A stretch of DNA of 51,891 bases from Fimicolochytrium jonesii (lineage: Eukaryota), in assembly GCF_025526975.1 (NCBI RefSeq), contig NW_026515671.1, positions 1,736,001 to 1,787,891 of the forward strand. Direction: 5' to 3'. The notes under the pieces were generated by a model. It saw only the letters and a program-made list of their open reading frames with translations. It was not told the DNA's origin and searched no databases. The position numbers and the translations under genes are program-made. This document shows positions 9,217-23,416 of this stretch, piece by piece. Positions within the stretch are counted from its first letter, which is position 1, and every line of letters starts with the position of its first letter.

Positions 9217-10251
9217 ATGACTTCCTACTTCCGTAAGTGATCCGGTTCCATCCCACGCAGCTTACACTCGTCGTTTCATTTCACTTATCTTCCTTATTCC
9301 ATTCCCACCAACAGAGGACCACAATCTCCCGGACCCCTCCCGTCGGCGTCCGGCGCCTTCCTCCACAAATGGCAACTCCAGTAACAACCACATAGACGCC
9401 TTCATGTCCGACTCGAGGGATAACAACGAGCAGATGGAACAGATGGAGCAGATGTTGGCCGTCGCGTCCTTGTTTGGGACACTAAGGGACCGACATGACG
9501 ACGAGAGGCAGCAGACGTTGTTGGATGGGCTGATTTCCCAGTTGTTGGATGAGGCCAATGCTAGGTACGGCTTGGGGAGAGTGGAACTGAGCCCAGTGCG
9601 CTACAGCGAGCGCGAGGAAACCGAGCCCACCGTCGGAAGCGAGTCCCCGCGCCACAGGCACAGCTTTCGCGAGATACAGCGAGTATCATGGTTGTTGGCT
9701 AGCAAAGCGAGCCCCAGTCGTTTCTTTGGGCGGTAGCCAACATCCTTGTCGCCGCGAAAGGAGCGAGCAGGGAATCGTTCAGCCTCAGCCGTGGAACTCG
9801 CTTCACCCAATGAGAGGAACCGACTGACACTTCCCCTCAAATCCATAGCGCAAAAGGCCCACCACCAGCGTCGAAAGAGTTCATCCGAAAAATGCCTGTG
9901 GTGGACATGACCTCCGCCACGGGTCTGAAAGACAGTGAGAAAACATGTTCGATCTGCGTCGAAAAATTCACATCCGACTCCACGACAGAACCACCACCAT
10001 CAACCACATCCACAACTCCTGCCACACCACTGAATACACCCCGCCGCCTCCCCTGCACGCACATCTTCCACACTCTCTGCATTACACCCTGGCTTGAGCT
10101 CCACAATACGTGTCCCGTCTGCAGGCACGAGCTGCCTACTGACGATGTCGAGTATGAGAAGCAGAAGCGGGCGGCTGCTAATGCCGCTGCGGGAGTGGTT
10201 GAGGAAGCGGAGGAGGAGGAGGAGGAGGACTTTGATATGATGTATGGGTGA
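9217..10251 (+). CDS. RNF181: RING-H2 E3 ubiquitin ligase, RNF181-like (3 exons)
   Basis: MTSYFQDHN N-terminus, GPPPASKEFI, CSIC...LPCTHIFHTLCITPWLELHNTCPVCRHELPTDD, C-terminal MYG; second intron 9565-9848. Confidence 0.85.
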
Positions 10252-11037
10252 AATGGCGGTGCGCCTGCGGTGCGAGATCGAATCGACCGCTTTTTCTGGA
10301 CCCACCGTGGTGGGTTTCGCGGCGTAGCGATATGCTCCCATCACCCACCATCCGATTTCATCAGTCAGCGCTTCTTCAAAGATCTATCGTCGAAGAATAG
10401 ACCAGAGTAGACCCCGAATATCACGAAATATACGAATACGTCCTCTTAGCTCAGTCCTTTGGCCTAAGTCTCAGTCCTAGCAGCTGCATGGGAAGGTGTG
10501 AGTCAATTCACTGCGAAGGCGATGTTCAGACACTGTTAAGAAGCACGCGTTAGTCACACGCAGCGGCCCCTTGCCAGAATCCCCAGCGCAAACTTGCAAG
10601 CGGAGTTCGTGGTACGCCTCTTGGCAAAGTCCTACTATTCTATCCATACTGTACCTCATCCGCAACGAGAGCAGATACCCTCGCTGCACACTCGCTCCCA
10701 CTCGGCAATAGTGTCTGTGACAAAATCGATATCCGAGTCATAACCGAAAGGGCTTGGAGGCGAGCGACAGCGGAAGGAACCCCATCAACCAGGTGTTAAC
10801 TCGACTCAGCTTGCCGCCGTGGAGTGCAGGGAGAACGACAAAGCGGACTTTATTTTTGCTCTATGGGGCGGTGGCCCACTAGTCAGTTTCGCTTGCCTTC
10901 TTGCAAAGCTGGTCTTTGAGCAAGGAGCTTCTTTCTGAATTTGCGGGCCACGGGACTGGCCGGAAGTGTGAAATTGGAAGGACGTTGAACGAGTTGACTG
11001 AAAGGGTCAAAACGGGGGTCCCACCCATATTTCAACC

Positions 11038-14000
11038 ATGGATTTCTGGAACGCAACACTCTCTGTCTTCCGAGGTCCCTCAGAACCATCACACTCCAAC
11101 CCAAACTCATCACCAGCCTCACCCGTCATCCCTCAAAAGCGCCCGGGCCACGTCAAAGTAATCAATGGTTATGACACACCAACAACAGGGACCCCACATC
11201 GGCCCCAAACACCAAATGGATACCCACAAACTCCCAATGGATACCCAGCGGCCGAGAATCTGGTTAATTCGCCGTTCTTCAGCGCACCGCCAGGTGTAGT
11301 CGACCCCGACGGAGGTGGGCGAGGGAATCAACAGACCATCGATGGTATCGCCAATGCAGAAACAAAACACACCTTGCTACCCCTCCAACTCGTCCCTGGC
11401 GACACAATCACCTGCCTCACCGTCCAATCCGACTCTGTATTCATCGGCCTCTCCAGCGGTGACATCCTCGAATACACACTGGTGGCCGACCAATGGACCC
11501 ACAGCCGCACCTTCGATTTCCCGCGCGAGCGCCCCGAACCAACTTCCAACCCCGCCGACTCGTCCGCTATCACCTCCGCGTCGGCGCTTGCGCTGACACA
11601 TCGCCGGCTGTATGTCGGGTACATGGATGGGTGTATCACCATCTTCAACCGGATGAGCGGCACGCCCATCAGGTCGATTGCCGCGGCGCACATGGGGCCT
11701 GTCACGGCGTTATGCTGTTATTCAGCGGCGATGGCTACTGCCGCTGCCGCTGCCTCTGCGAATTCCGGTGGAACGGGCAATGACCCCAGCTCGGCATCGC
11801 TGTTTTCGGGAGGGAAGGATGGAGTTTTGAATGAGTGGGATGCGAAATCGTTACGAAAGAAATCGATGTTGCAGGGGCATGATGCGCAGATTGAGGGGGT
11901 TGTTGCGGGTGGAGGGAGAGTTTATTCGGGGGCGGCGGATAAGAAGGTTAAGGGGTGGGATATCTCCTCAGGTGCGTCATTTGGTCGGGGGTTGCTTATC
12001 CGCCGGTCGCCGAGGTGCAAGTCGATCACTTGTCTAACCACTATAGTTTCCCCCCCCCCCCCCCCCCACAACAGGCCGCTGCTTAGCTGACTTCGGCAAC
12101 GTCTGCCTCACCCCCGTCGTCTCCGTCGCCCTCGGGCGCGACCTTCTCTACCTCGCCACCTCCGACGGCCTCATCCAAGTCGTCGACACATCGTCCGGTC
12201 AAACCCTCCGCACTCTCCAAAGCCCCACCGGCGCGCACGGCCTCATCCGCGCCCTCTGCCTCGCCAACGGGAAGTTGTACTGCGCGGCGGATGATGGGAG
12301 TGTCGAGGAATGGGATGTTAAGAAGGCTGCTGTGGTTAGGGGGTGGAAAGTACCTGCCGGATGCGTCGGGATTGCGGGAGCGGCGGATGGGAAGGTTGTT
12401 GTGGCCTGTCATGAGGCCGTTGCTATATTACGCCATGACACGGTCAAAAACGACCGGACGAGACCTCAGTCGTTGTTTGTAGGTGCTGCCGCGGGTGTGA
12501 TGGAGTACGCCGGCAACATCCCACCTACACCGCCGTTATCCACCCCGACACGGTACGAGCATGCCGAGATTCGCCCGGGGGATAGTATATCTAACGGCCC
12601 GTATGATTCCCCCCACCGCGGGACTGAGTATCCCCACCACCGAGACGAAAACCAGGAATCGGCAACAGTAACAAAATTAAAACACCAACTGCATCGTCTA
12701 ACCACCCAACTCGCTACCGCCCAACATGCCTCCCAACAATCCCACTCTCAACTCACCTCCCTCCAACGCGAACACGCCTCCCTCCTCTCCACCCTCACCC
12801 ACCTCCGCACGCGCGCCGAAGACGCCGAAGACGAACTCCTCGCGGCAAAAGACCTCCTCATCTCCTACAAAGAAGAGCTGGAACTCACCCAACTCGCGCA
12901 CGAAACAGCATTCAGTTATCTGAAACAATCCGCCAACAGGACCTGGTTCGACTGCGAACGCGAGATCAGGGGACTCAAAGAGATGATTGATAACCCGCCG
13001 ACGCCGCTGGTTGTGCACGAGGATCTGAGTGCCTTCTTACCCGGCAGGAAGGTGGGGAGGTGTTGGGATCGGGACAGTGAGTGGGATTCGGATGTGGATG
13101 ATGAGATGAGTGAGGCGGCGCCGGGGGATGATGATGATGATGATGATGAGGGGGGTGGGGCCGTGTGGGAGAAACAGCAGGAGAGGGTGACGCGTACGCC
13201 GTGGTGGAGGGATCTGCCGGGGGGGAGTAACAGTGTGGGGGTTGTGAAGGAAGTGGGGCAGTTGAAGTGGTACAGGGAGAGGGCTGCGAGTGCTGCTGAG
13301 CCTGTACTGCCGGTGGATGAAGGCAGCGCCGGCGATGATGATCAGTCTTCTGAGGATTCTGATGCCGGCTCGGATGGGGATGACGACGCCGACGAGATGG
13401 GTGAAGACGGTGGAAGTGACGCGGAACACGCAGAGGACGCACTGACGACAGCCACAGCGAGGGTAAAAGCACACCGCCCCGTAACAGTAAAATCAACCCA
13501 CCGGCTCCCCGACGGCGGGGTCGTCGTCAACACATTCAGCCCCACCCTCCCCCATCGCCGTTCAGCATTAAGTCGCGGAGCGACGGTCGTCGGACTCCCC
13601 ATCCCTGACGTCCACTCCAACGTCAATGGGAACCCGACCCACGCACGCCCACCCGTCCGCAGAAACACGACCACCTCACACCTTGCACACGGAGGCGGTG
13701 CAGGCGTGAATCCAGGCGGGATGAGCAAAACGCTCCACCGCGCCTCCTCATGGTTCAAGCCCATCCAATCATGGGTCGAAACAATCGGCGAAGTCATCGC
13801 CCCAACCCCATCCCCCGACGACCAGTCCCAGGGCAGGCGAACCTCCGTGATTGACGGTGGGAGCGGGAGTCTGAGGAGGATGCCGCAGCCGCTGTTGCAG
13901 AATCGGGCGCGCGCAAATTCAGCGGTGGCGGTGCCGAGACCCTACATTGTCGATACGGCCTTATCACACCCTCCACCATCTCCACCGGCGAACCCACAAC

Positions 14001-14455
14001 CGCACCAGCTGCCACACCCGCTTCCACGCACGTATTCCGCAGTGTCGGTTGCGTCTTCGAAGGCGAGTAGTGGGGCCACGCCTGGCGAGGAGGGCAAACG
14101 GCAGGGAGGGAAGAAGATCAGGGTTAGGCGGTGTGATGTGTATCAGTTTGATGAGGCGGTGGGACACGCGGACGGGGCTGCCAAGGGAGACGCCGCCACG
14201 GCACCGGAACCGCTTGGGGATTCAAAAGACCGGTCCGGCGCGCCAACGCATGACTCGAGAGAAACACGCACCGACACATCCCCGCCGCAGCCTGTATCAC
14301 CCCCCGGGACGACACCGATCCCATCGACCCCACCCCGCGAATCCAACGCAGACAACGGGGACCCGAAACCGGAAGATGATTTTGGAGAGTTTGAAAGCCC
14401 GGTTGTGGATTCGCCGCCCCCCCGGCGTGCAGAAACAGATGCCGCGACCGAGTGA
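11038..14455 (+). CDS. WD40-repeat protein with central coiled coil and long disordered C-terminus
   Basis: LFSGGKDGVLNEWD, GHDAQIEGV...YSGAADKKVKGWD, YCAADDGSVEEWD; heptad region LKHQLHRLTTQL...; one intron at ~11972-12074. Confidence 0.8.
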
Positions 14456-15772
14456 GATGTCCGGCCCCCCGCACCTCGCAATACCCTCAATGGGACCTCA
14501 TACACGTGTACTATTCTTCCCAACTGGACCTCTTGTGATGCCCCGTTCTAGGTTAGGCGCCATTGTTTTTTTTTGATGGGCCTGTACTGTATTTTGGAAT
14601 ATGATTTTGGTTTTGGGGATTTTGAACGCGGAGTTTGAAAAACGCGTCAAGCCCGAACGCAAAAGACATGGGTGCAATCGAACAAGTGTGTTTTCCCCGA
14701 CGGGTGGCTCTGGAGCAGCCCACATAGTTACGAAACCCATACATCCCCTTATCCCTCATCCATCCACTTGCCTCGAAATCCCATGTGGACTGTATGTACT
14801 TACAGCACATGCGTTGGGACAGGAGAGGTTGAACGCGTGAGTAAGCAAAAGTGACGGGTTGGGCAACCGCGGCTCTCTTCTCTGATCTGACGGTCGCCAG
14901 ATAGGTAAAAAGCTCGCCATCCATGAACTTCCCCGGACACGGACCACGGTAGGGTAATTGCATGGAGGGCAGGTGTGAGGTAAGCTTGGACCAGCGACAC
15001 GCATCGCACTACTATGCATGCAGCTGAACTTGATTCGTGCATGGTCATCGTGGTGTGAAACCCCAAAGGGTCGAGAGGGATAGGCGAGGAGGTGACCTTT
15101 GACGTGGGTGTATGGGTGAATGGGAAAATCCACAAGTGTGGAACCGATGCGGGCTGTGAAGATAGGAACGAACAAGGGCGCTGGCCTGCTGCCGGAAGGC
15201 CCCAAGTTCCAGCTTGATTTTGCATGGGAAAGTCCGCCATATTGGCAATGGCGAACTCTTCTCCTACCTTCTCCCATTACCACACACCGGCCCCGGAACA
15301 TAACCCCCTTTCCTACCTCCACATGGCCCGGAATAGACGGGCATTCTGGGCCAGAGCGCATTTGTCACTTGGGTTACGCTTGAGCTGGAAGTTTGAAGTT
15401 GAACTTGGGACCTAACAAGCTCTTTTCATATATTACAGGTATACATGAACTTCCCTCGCCTTCTCACTTTCTATCAGACCCCACAGCTTCGACTCGTCAC
15501 CGGGGTGTCCATAAAGGTTCTCGCCGACAGCATAGCCAGCCCCTGCATAGCAAGGTAGATATCTCAGACTCCAAACGGCATTGTCTAGCTGCGTTGAGCA
15601 GCTGGCGGCCCGCACCCTGATCAGAAACGCTGTCGGGGCATATTCAGGTTTGTCCTTGTCGGAGACACCACCTTCCACTTTGACAGAATCAGACGCACCG
15701 AACCTCCTCGGCGGAGTCTCGTCGAAAAGCGGGTTCAACGCAGGGGGCAGAAGCTCCAGCACCCGCGTACGG

Positions 15773-17669
15773 CTAGAGTTTCGCCGCATGTTCTGACTGC
15801 CGTTCCTGAAACAACACATTCCGCCTCCTGACCAATCCCACCCTTCCCGCCCCACGCACAACCTCCCCCCACATGTCCTTGGTATTCTCTCCGAACGCCT
15901 CCGCCAACCACGCATCGCACGCCCCCACCGCGTCGTCCCGGTACACCCGCTGCGCTATTCGCTCGACCATCCACAGCGGGGACGGCATGACTGCGCGGTC
16001 GATTTCGACGATGTCTCCTGGAGGCGCATGGAGGACGGCGCGGTGCGTGCCTATGGATCTCGGCAGTGGGGCGGCTGGGTTTGGGCGTTTGGAGAGGAAG
16101 GTTTCGGTGGCGGTGGCCGTGGAAAGTAGGACGGGGAGGAGATCTTGTAGGAGGGGACGGAGCCAGAGGGATAGGGTGTCGGGAAGGGGCTAATAAGCCC
16201 GGGGGTTGGAGCGAGATGATAGATTGTGAGAATACACTCCTTCGAAAGAGGGTCTGCGCCAACGCAGGAACGTGGAAAGTCGAGAGGGGACAAAGGGGGC
16301 CTTATTCGCCTCTCCTTACCTCGTCGCCCAAAGCCGCCCCCGCACGTTCGCACCCACGCAGCCCTGACCAGTCACTGACCCCGCCCATCCGTTCGACCCA
16401 CTCAAACACCAGCGGTGCCGTCTGGCGCATCACCGTGCCAGGGACAGGGTCCCGGGCCAGGTGCGCATACAATGGTCCGTACAATGCGAAATCGGCGAGG
16501 CACGGCGCGCTCCCGAGCAGGTAGGCGTGCTTCTCAAAGTGCTGCGAGAGCTGACGCAGCAGATGGTGGTACTGCTGATCTAGGATGTACCCGCTGGCGG
16601 CCGTGATCCCGAGAGAGGGGAGCATGCGCTGGAAATGCTTACCGGACTGAAGAGAAAGGGAGGGTGAGAAGGCGATTGTCAAGGAGCCCCAAAAGCCGGG
16701 ACTCCGCGGAGCCGCCGAGGGCAGCCGAATGTGTTATGGAAAACAACCCGTTCTCTGTCGCTCACAGGGAACAAAGAAAGACGACAGTCCCCTGCCGTTC
16801 AAAGGGATTGGGCCTGCGGCGGGGAACTCGCTTCGCTCGCGAAGGCGCTTGCGATGGTCGCGCTGGCTAATGCTCGGGTTTCCATCGCAAACCAAAGGCG
16901 CCTCACTAACGCTCGGCTCTAACCGCAAACCGACGCCGTCGCGATCGCTGTCGCTCAAGCATGAACTCACTTTCTTTCCTACATCAATCGCCGCATCCTC
17001 CGTACCCGGTTCTGCAAACATCCCACTCCCAAACTGCGTCCAAACCCATTTCTCCTGAGCAGCGAAATGCGGCGCGCCCCACCTCCACTGCATAGCAATC
17101 AAAATAAGCCACTCATCCGCAACGAGTTCAACCAGCATAGCGGCGAAGCGCGCGAGCGGCGACGGTGGCAGGACAGGGTTGCTCGGGTACCGCGCCTCAA
17201 AGTAGTCGATGATGTCCTTGGTGTCCTGGATGGCTGGCGAGCCGTGCTGCTTGGCCTCTTCGTCGGGAAGGAGCACGATGGGGATGTAGGAGACGCCTGT
17301 TAGGGGGACGATGACGTCTCTGTAGACATCTGCGCTCGCGACGACTGCCGGGGATGTGAAGTGACGCATACGGGATCCCCGTTAGCGGACTGCATTCCAA
17401 ATACAACCGGCAGAGGGAGAGGGCCTACTGGGCTCGAACGGGATCTGTTTCCAGCGCATATATGCCTTCGCTCTGGACGAGATGAGTGGGAAAAGCGCGT
17501 CAGCACGGACTTTTGCGCTGCAAGTGAATGCAGACCTACTGTACTTTGCGGTGAAGAAGCTCATCTCGACGCCAATGAGCTTGTAGGGGGCGCGTGTGCG
17601 GCAGTACTTTGCAGCGGCGAGTGAGGAGCTCATGTCGGCGGGCTTGTCTTGCGGCGATTGGGAAAGCAT
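15773..17669 (-). CDS. Glutathione S-transferase family protein (bacterial-type GST_N + GST_C) with C-terminal PTS1 (-AKL)
   Basis: SFFTAK..AYMRWKQIPF, IPIVLLPD...IQDTKDIIDYFE, ADEWL...MQWRW, YLLGSAPCLADFALYGPLYAHLARDPVP; last exon ends EHAAKL*. Confidence 0.8.
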
Positions 17670-17967
17670 GTTGATCCTACTCGATCCGGTCCTTTCGGGG
17701 CGCGACTGCGGAGACTGCGGGCGAGGATGATGCAGGCGAGACCGTGGAAGTTGGCACGAGTATGTGGTTGTGAGCGCCGAGCCCTCAGATTCTACGCCGC
17801 CTTCACTTCTCCCACGTCCAGGTCCCGCCCCATTTGCCGAACCCGCCAGCATCCTCGTCGTAAACGAGATCCTAACAAACTCTAGAAAAAGGAAGAAAGA
17901 AAGCGGGAGCCATTCGGCATTATTCCTCACAAAATTCCCCATCCCCAAAAACCCCATCCTACAACCA

Positions 17968-18670
17968 ATGAGCAGCACACACATTAACGCACCGGTACCA
18001 ACGCCCTCAGATCCCTGCACTCTGACCAACGCCATGGAAATCGACGACGCCCCCGCACCCGCATCCTCCAGCAACCCCCCAACCCCCCATCAGTCCACAG
18101 TCACCGACGCCGCACCAGTCACCCATCCACAGCGGTCCAACGAAGCCGAACCAGCAGTAAAGGAGAAAGAGGAAGAAGCGTCGTCAGAGTCGAGCTCGTC
18201 CTCGTCGGATGAGACTGGCGCGGACGCGATGTTGGGCAGGCAGGACAAGGAGACGCTGCGGAAGGACCGGAGTTTGGCCGAGTTGTTAACCATGATGGAT
18301 GAGTACAAGCCTATCGTGCGTGGTTCCCCGCTTCCCCAAGGCCATCTGTTCTCCTCTCGCAGAACCCCCCTTAATCAAACGCCCCCATAAACAGCTGCCC
18401 GACTCCGTCACCGACTACTACACAACGCGCTCCGGCTTCGAATGCCCAGATGCCCGCGTCAAGCGACTCCTTGCCCTCGCCGCGCAAAAGTTCGTATCAG
18501 ACATCGCCGTCGACGCCCTGCAGTACTCGCGCATCCGATCCCAGCAGCCCCTGCCAAAGGACCGGAGGAGCGTCGTGAAGGATAAGAGGACGGTGCTGAC
18601 CGTCGATGATTTGTCGGCGGCGTTGGCGGATCATGGGGTGAATATCAGGAAACCGGAGTATTATTTGTAG
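17968..18670 (+). CDS. TAF10: TFIID/SAGA subunit TAF10
   Basis: LAELLTMMDEYKPI|LPDSVTDYY...GFECPDARVKRLLALAAQKFVSDIA...VLTVDDLSAALADHGVNIRKPEYY. Confidence 0.95.
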
Positions 18671-19013
18671 ATGGACTGTGACGACGCAAAACTGAGCGAG
18701 TGCGTGGGCCTGACTAACTGCGGACCCAGCCAAAAGCCAAACATGTTCTCACACATCGTAACGATCCTCCATGAAGCCTTTCACATCAAACAAAACAAAC
18801 AGAATGGACTATTTGAGCATTTTACACCATCTACGAGGCCAGTGAAACAAAGTGAGAGTGGTGGGGGGGGGGGGGGGCATGAACTATGATTCATATGTGT
18901 GTGCGTGTGAGAGAGTGAGAGAAGTATTATCTAAAAATGTCTATGAGGGCTACTAAAATGTAAATGTAAGCGATATTACGCCGCGTGTGAGACGAAACAA
19001 AAAGGGAAATAAA

Positions 19014-22000
19014 TCATTGATCGGACATAGCCAACGCAAAACTAACAACGTCCGCCAACCCTTCCTCCCCATCCCCCATCAAACTCCCCTCAATCGCATT
19101 CACGAAATCTTCATGTAACGAGTACGCGTTCTTCCTATCCTGTGTACGTGCGCGGGTGGGGGTGGGTCGGCGGAAGGGTGGGTTTTGTGCCGTGGTTGAG
19201 GATGTGGGGGATGTCGGAGATGTGGGGATATATGGAGCGGTGTTGGGCGGTGGCGGGGCGGGTCTGTTTGGGCGTTTGGTGGGAACTGCGTAGGGTGGGG
19301 ATGTGTAGCCCCTCTCATACGCGGCAGGTGTCACGGTCGTCGCTGGGGGAGAATAGACAGGTTCGGGCGACCTCCTCGCGTGACTCGCTAAAGTCGACCG
19401 ACTACTTGCATGTCTTAACGTGGCGGTGGATTCGAGTGCGCGGGCGATGTTGCGGCGCCAGTGGTCGGTTGCTGATACGGTGTCGCTGATACTCTCCGCC
19501 TCTGTTTTCTGTCCGTTTCGCGCGGGTGAGGCGGGGGGTGTATGCGGCGGGGTGAGGATATGCGCTGGGCGTGCTATGAATTTATTCACCGTGTTGGTCG
19601 GGCGGTTCAGGGATGATGAGGCTGTCGAGGACGGTGTGGTTCCCGAGGACGTGCTAGATGATGAGGCGTTGGGCAGCGCGTAGACTTTCGTCGCATGTTG
19701 CGGGGTGGTGGAAGAGTTGAGGAGACGAAGGGAGGGCATGGAGGGGCGGACGGACAATGTATTGTGTTGTGGGGCGATCCGGGCCTGGGACATGCCGGAC
19801 ATCGATAAACTGCGGTCGAGCGTGCTTGTGGAGCCGGAGGAAGAGGTGTGGGTCGCTAAACTGGTTTTAGAGGAGATGCGGTCCGCGAACTCTGCGAAAT
19901 CCATGTTGGAGATCACAAGGTCGTGGTAAAGGCTGTCGAAGGAGACAGGGACGGTGAGGGAGGGTGCTGCGGATTCGTTACGGATGCTGCCGTCTGGAGA
20001 GCGTTGAGCCGACTGCGTAGTTGATTGCACGTCGTAGCGGTCCGCGGCTGTGGGAGTTACCAGTGTGGGAAGACTAGACGCAGTGGAAGCCGGGGCAGAA
20101 GCGAGCGGGGCGCGCGGGGACGACGCCGTGAGCGGTTCCGGTGTACCGCGGGACGTGAGCGCCGATAAGGGTGTAGACTCGTCGTCATCGGGGTTGATAA
20201 AGACCATCCCGCTCCGCTTCGTGCTCAGCTTCAGTGCTGGCGCAGCCGGTTGATCGGCGAATCGGCTGGTGCCCACCGCGTTGACCGAGACAGTGTCCTC
20301 ATCCATGGTGTAGTTGGAGGCCGGCGCAGCGACAGCGACGGGAATCTGCACATCCCGCAGCCCATTAAACGAAAGCGGGGTCTCGGTCCGCGCCGGCGCC
20401 GACGGAATCTCAACCCTGTCCTCTTCAACAACAGCCTTCTGCACCGACTGCTCCTCCACATCCGCTTCACTGTCAAGCGACGCCAGCGTCAGCGCTTCAG
20501 AGGAGGCGTCAGAGTACATGGACGCAGCGTCGTCATCGACCGCGCGGGTTTTGAGTGTGTCGAGGACGGCGCCGTCGGTTGCGACGAGAGTTTCGGCGCT
20601 GGAGGAGACGATATGGTCTTCGGGGAGGGGGATGGAGCGGGCGAGTTCTTCGATGTTGACTGATGCCTCCGGGATATTGGAAGCTCCTCCCGAAGCAGGA
20701 TCGACATTTTTAGACGGCACGACAACATCACCAGGTCCACTATCTTCCTTCCCTTCTTTCCTCTCACTCGCATCCTCCTCTCCAACCCTCCGTTCATCCC
20801 TCGAAAAACCCCTCTGATGCCTAAATATGCTCTTCTTCTCGGTAGTAGTCGGTGACGAATCGCTGTTGGCAAAACTGTCAATGGATGGCTGTGATCGGAG
20901 ACGGACGCTTTGGGCGAGACTGTCGACGGAGGCGTGGGTCCGGAGGATGTGCGAGGGGGTGGCCATGCCGGAGACGCTTACTCGTGGTTTGCCCTGAGAA
21001 GAAGTGACGGATGTGAGTCGAAAGAGACATGCAAATTGGGGTTGGAAGGTTGTGAGATTCAACATACCGTGCCGATATTGATCATAGGCACCCTCGACGG
21101 TCCAGAAGCACCACTACTCGTCCCAACCAACCCCTCCCGCTCATCACCATCTACAGCCTTCCCCTTCCCCTTTCCCCCCTCCAACGGCACCGCACGCTGA
21201 CTCTCCAAAACAGTCGGCAACGTCGTCTTACTCTTCGTGTCCTTCTTAGTCAACCACGATGGTAAACATGACGCAAAAAAGCTGCGCTTCTTTTTCAGGG
21301 TCTTTGGCTCGGTGGTGGCGGGTGCGCGAGGGGTGGAAGCGAAGAAGTTGCGGGATATGCTATTCTTCAGAGTTTTTGGCTCGGTGGTGGTGGCTGCGCG
21401 AGGGGTGGACTGAGGGGTTGAGGAGGTTGGCGGTCGGGTTTGAGTGGGCGAAATGAGCCCCGTTGGTGAGGTCGCCTTCGGGATTGTAGTTGGGGGTGTG
21501 CGTTGTGGTACCGATCGCTGGGGTGGGGAAGCAATCCCCCTGGATACTGAAACTGGAGCTGCTTGTACCGGCTTCGTGACTGGGAGAGAATCACTTCTGG
21601 CGGCGTTGGGAGTGGCCTCGAGATCGATGTCTGCAGCTACAAGGACAGGTTCCTCGGTTGTCTCCTGAATGTTCTGTGCGGAAGCATCCCCAGCGTTCTC
21701 GGAGCTGACTCCTAGAGGCATGGCCGCAGGGGTCGGGGCCTCTAAAACCGGAGTTACAATCTCATGAACAGGTATAGGCGGTGTGCTACCTTCACTGTAA
21801 AGCTCCGAATGCTCAATCGAGATGTCTGGTGTAACCTGTAGGAACTCCTCATTCGCCTCTCCAGCAGGAACCGCCTCAAAATGACCCTCTGGACTATGCT
21901 CGTGCGTCACGCCTGCGAGAACCGTATGAACAACAATCGGTTGCGCAACCTTCGCCACGGTCGCCGGCGACTCCTCCTCATTCACAACGTCGGGGTTATC

Positions 22001-22603
22001 TTCCGCTGCCTGCTCCAACCCATTCCTGAACGCATTGCGGATATCAAACGTCAGCTTCTCGACGCTCTTGCTCATTCCCTTGTTCAGCGTTGCACGGGAC
22101 TCTCCCGATTCGACGGATTCGAGGGAGTCTCGTGGGGAATTGTCCTCGTTGGGTAAATCTTCGACTATATCGGACGGTGGGGCGCTTATTGTAGAGGTGT
22201 CTGTGGGGAGGGAGACTGAGTCGCTGGGGTTGTCGTCCGAGTAGTGCGATCGGGTGTCTAAATCGGCTTCTTCCAGTAAGGGTGCTGGTTGTGATACTCC
22301 TAATTCGGCGGTTTGGGGAATGAGCTGCCCCAGCGGTACATCGTCGTCCTCGTCTTCGGAGGAAGAGGAGGTTGGTGACGAGTGTTGTGCGACTTCCACA
22401 AGGGTATCCTCTGAACTACCGACCCCTCCCAATTTCTGGAGCCTCTCCTCGCTATGCACATTGCGGAGTGATTGGACAGATCGCAAACTCCTCGTACGGG
22501 TGGGAATCGCAAAATGAGGAGGACGTGGAGGCAGGTCTTTTAACTCCTCCTCAATTGCAGCAGCACTTGCAGCCTCCCCGGCCAGCGGAGTGAACGTCGA
22601 CAT
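19014..22603 (-). CDS. Large Ser/Pro/Thr/Glu-rich disordered protein of unknown function (2 exons)
   Basis: Two long ORFs (514 and 683 aa) joined by a short GT-AG intron at ~20996-21066; no domain recognised. Confidence 0.7.
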
Positions 22604-23416
22604 GTCTCCAGCCTCAAATCCACCTGAAGTTTTGTAGTTGGGGAAGATATCCTCCCGTTCCGTCTTCTTTCCTGGGAAGTGACCGTAGCTTCTGCCTGTA
22701 CAGCGAGTAAGTATAAGCTAGTGTTATGAGTGCCCTGTATTGGCTTGAGAGAGAGTCCTCACCTCCAGTCCGTGATAGCACTTTTCCCGAGTGGATTTTC
22801 CCACGCCTGCAGCCTTGGTGCGAAGTGGGGCGTAGGAAAATGATGAAAAAGAGCCGAGATCGGCGCGCGGGGATTTCCGCTCGGTGCCTGATTCAAGTGA
22901 TTAGCGTCTTGCGTCATGCGTTTGGCAGGTTTAAACTCAGAGCCCATTTAGAAACAGAGGGGCTCGCATCCACAGGAGCTTGCTCAAACATCGCTAGGCT
23001 TACTGTATATCCCCTGGTAACTTCCTATTTAACCACCGCGTGGAAAGGCTTAGCCAATGCGGGCGGGGGTTAGGGGTAGGGTTAGCATGGGCGCCGATCT
23101 TCTTGCTGCGGGGGCCTCTCTCTCTCGCTCTCCACGATCTTGTGCGCGTGCAGGCAGGGGCTTGGCTCGGCGGTTTTGGCATTCGTGGTTCGTGTCCGTC
23201 TGTCTGCGTCTTGCCGCTGTCCAACCAACCAACCCCCTCTCCAGTCCGGCGACTGTCTGACTGCGACGGAGAACATTGACCGCCCCCACCACTCTCACAA
23301 ACAAACTCTCTCCCAGGTACTGTACGTAGAAAGAACAGGAAGAGAGCGCCCTCCAGTCGGTCTCAACCCCTCTTCCACACCACCCAGACCCCCCACACCA
23401 CACACACTCTCAAAAC

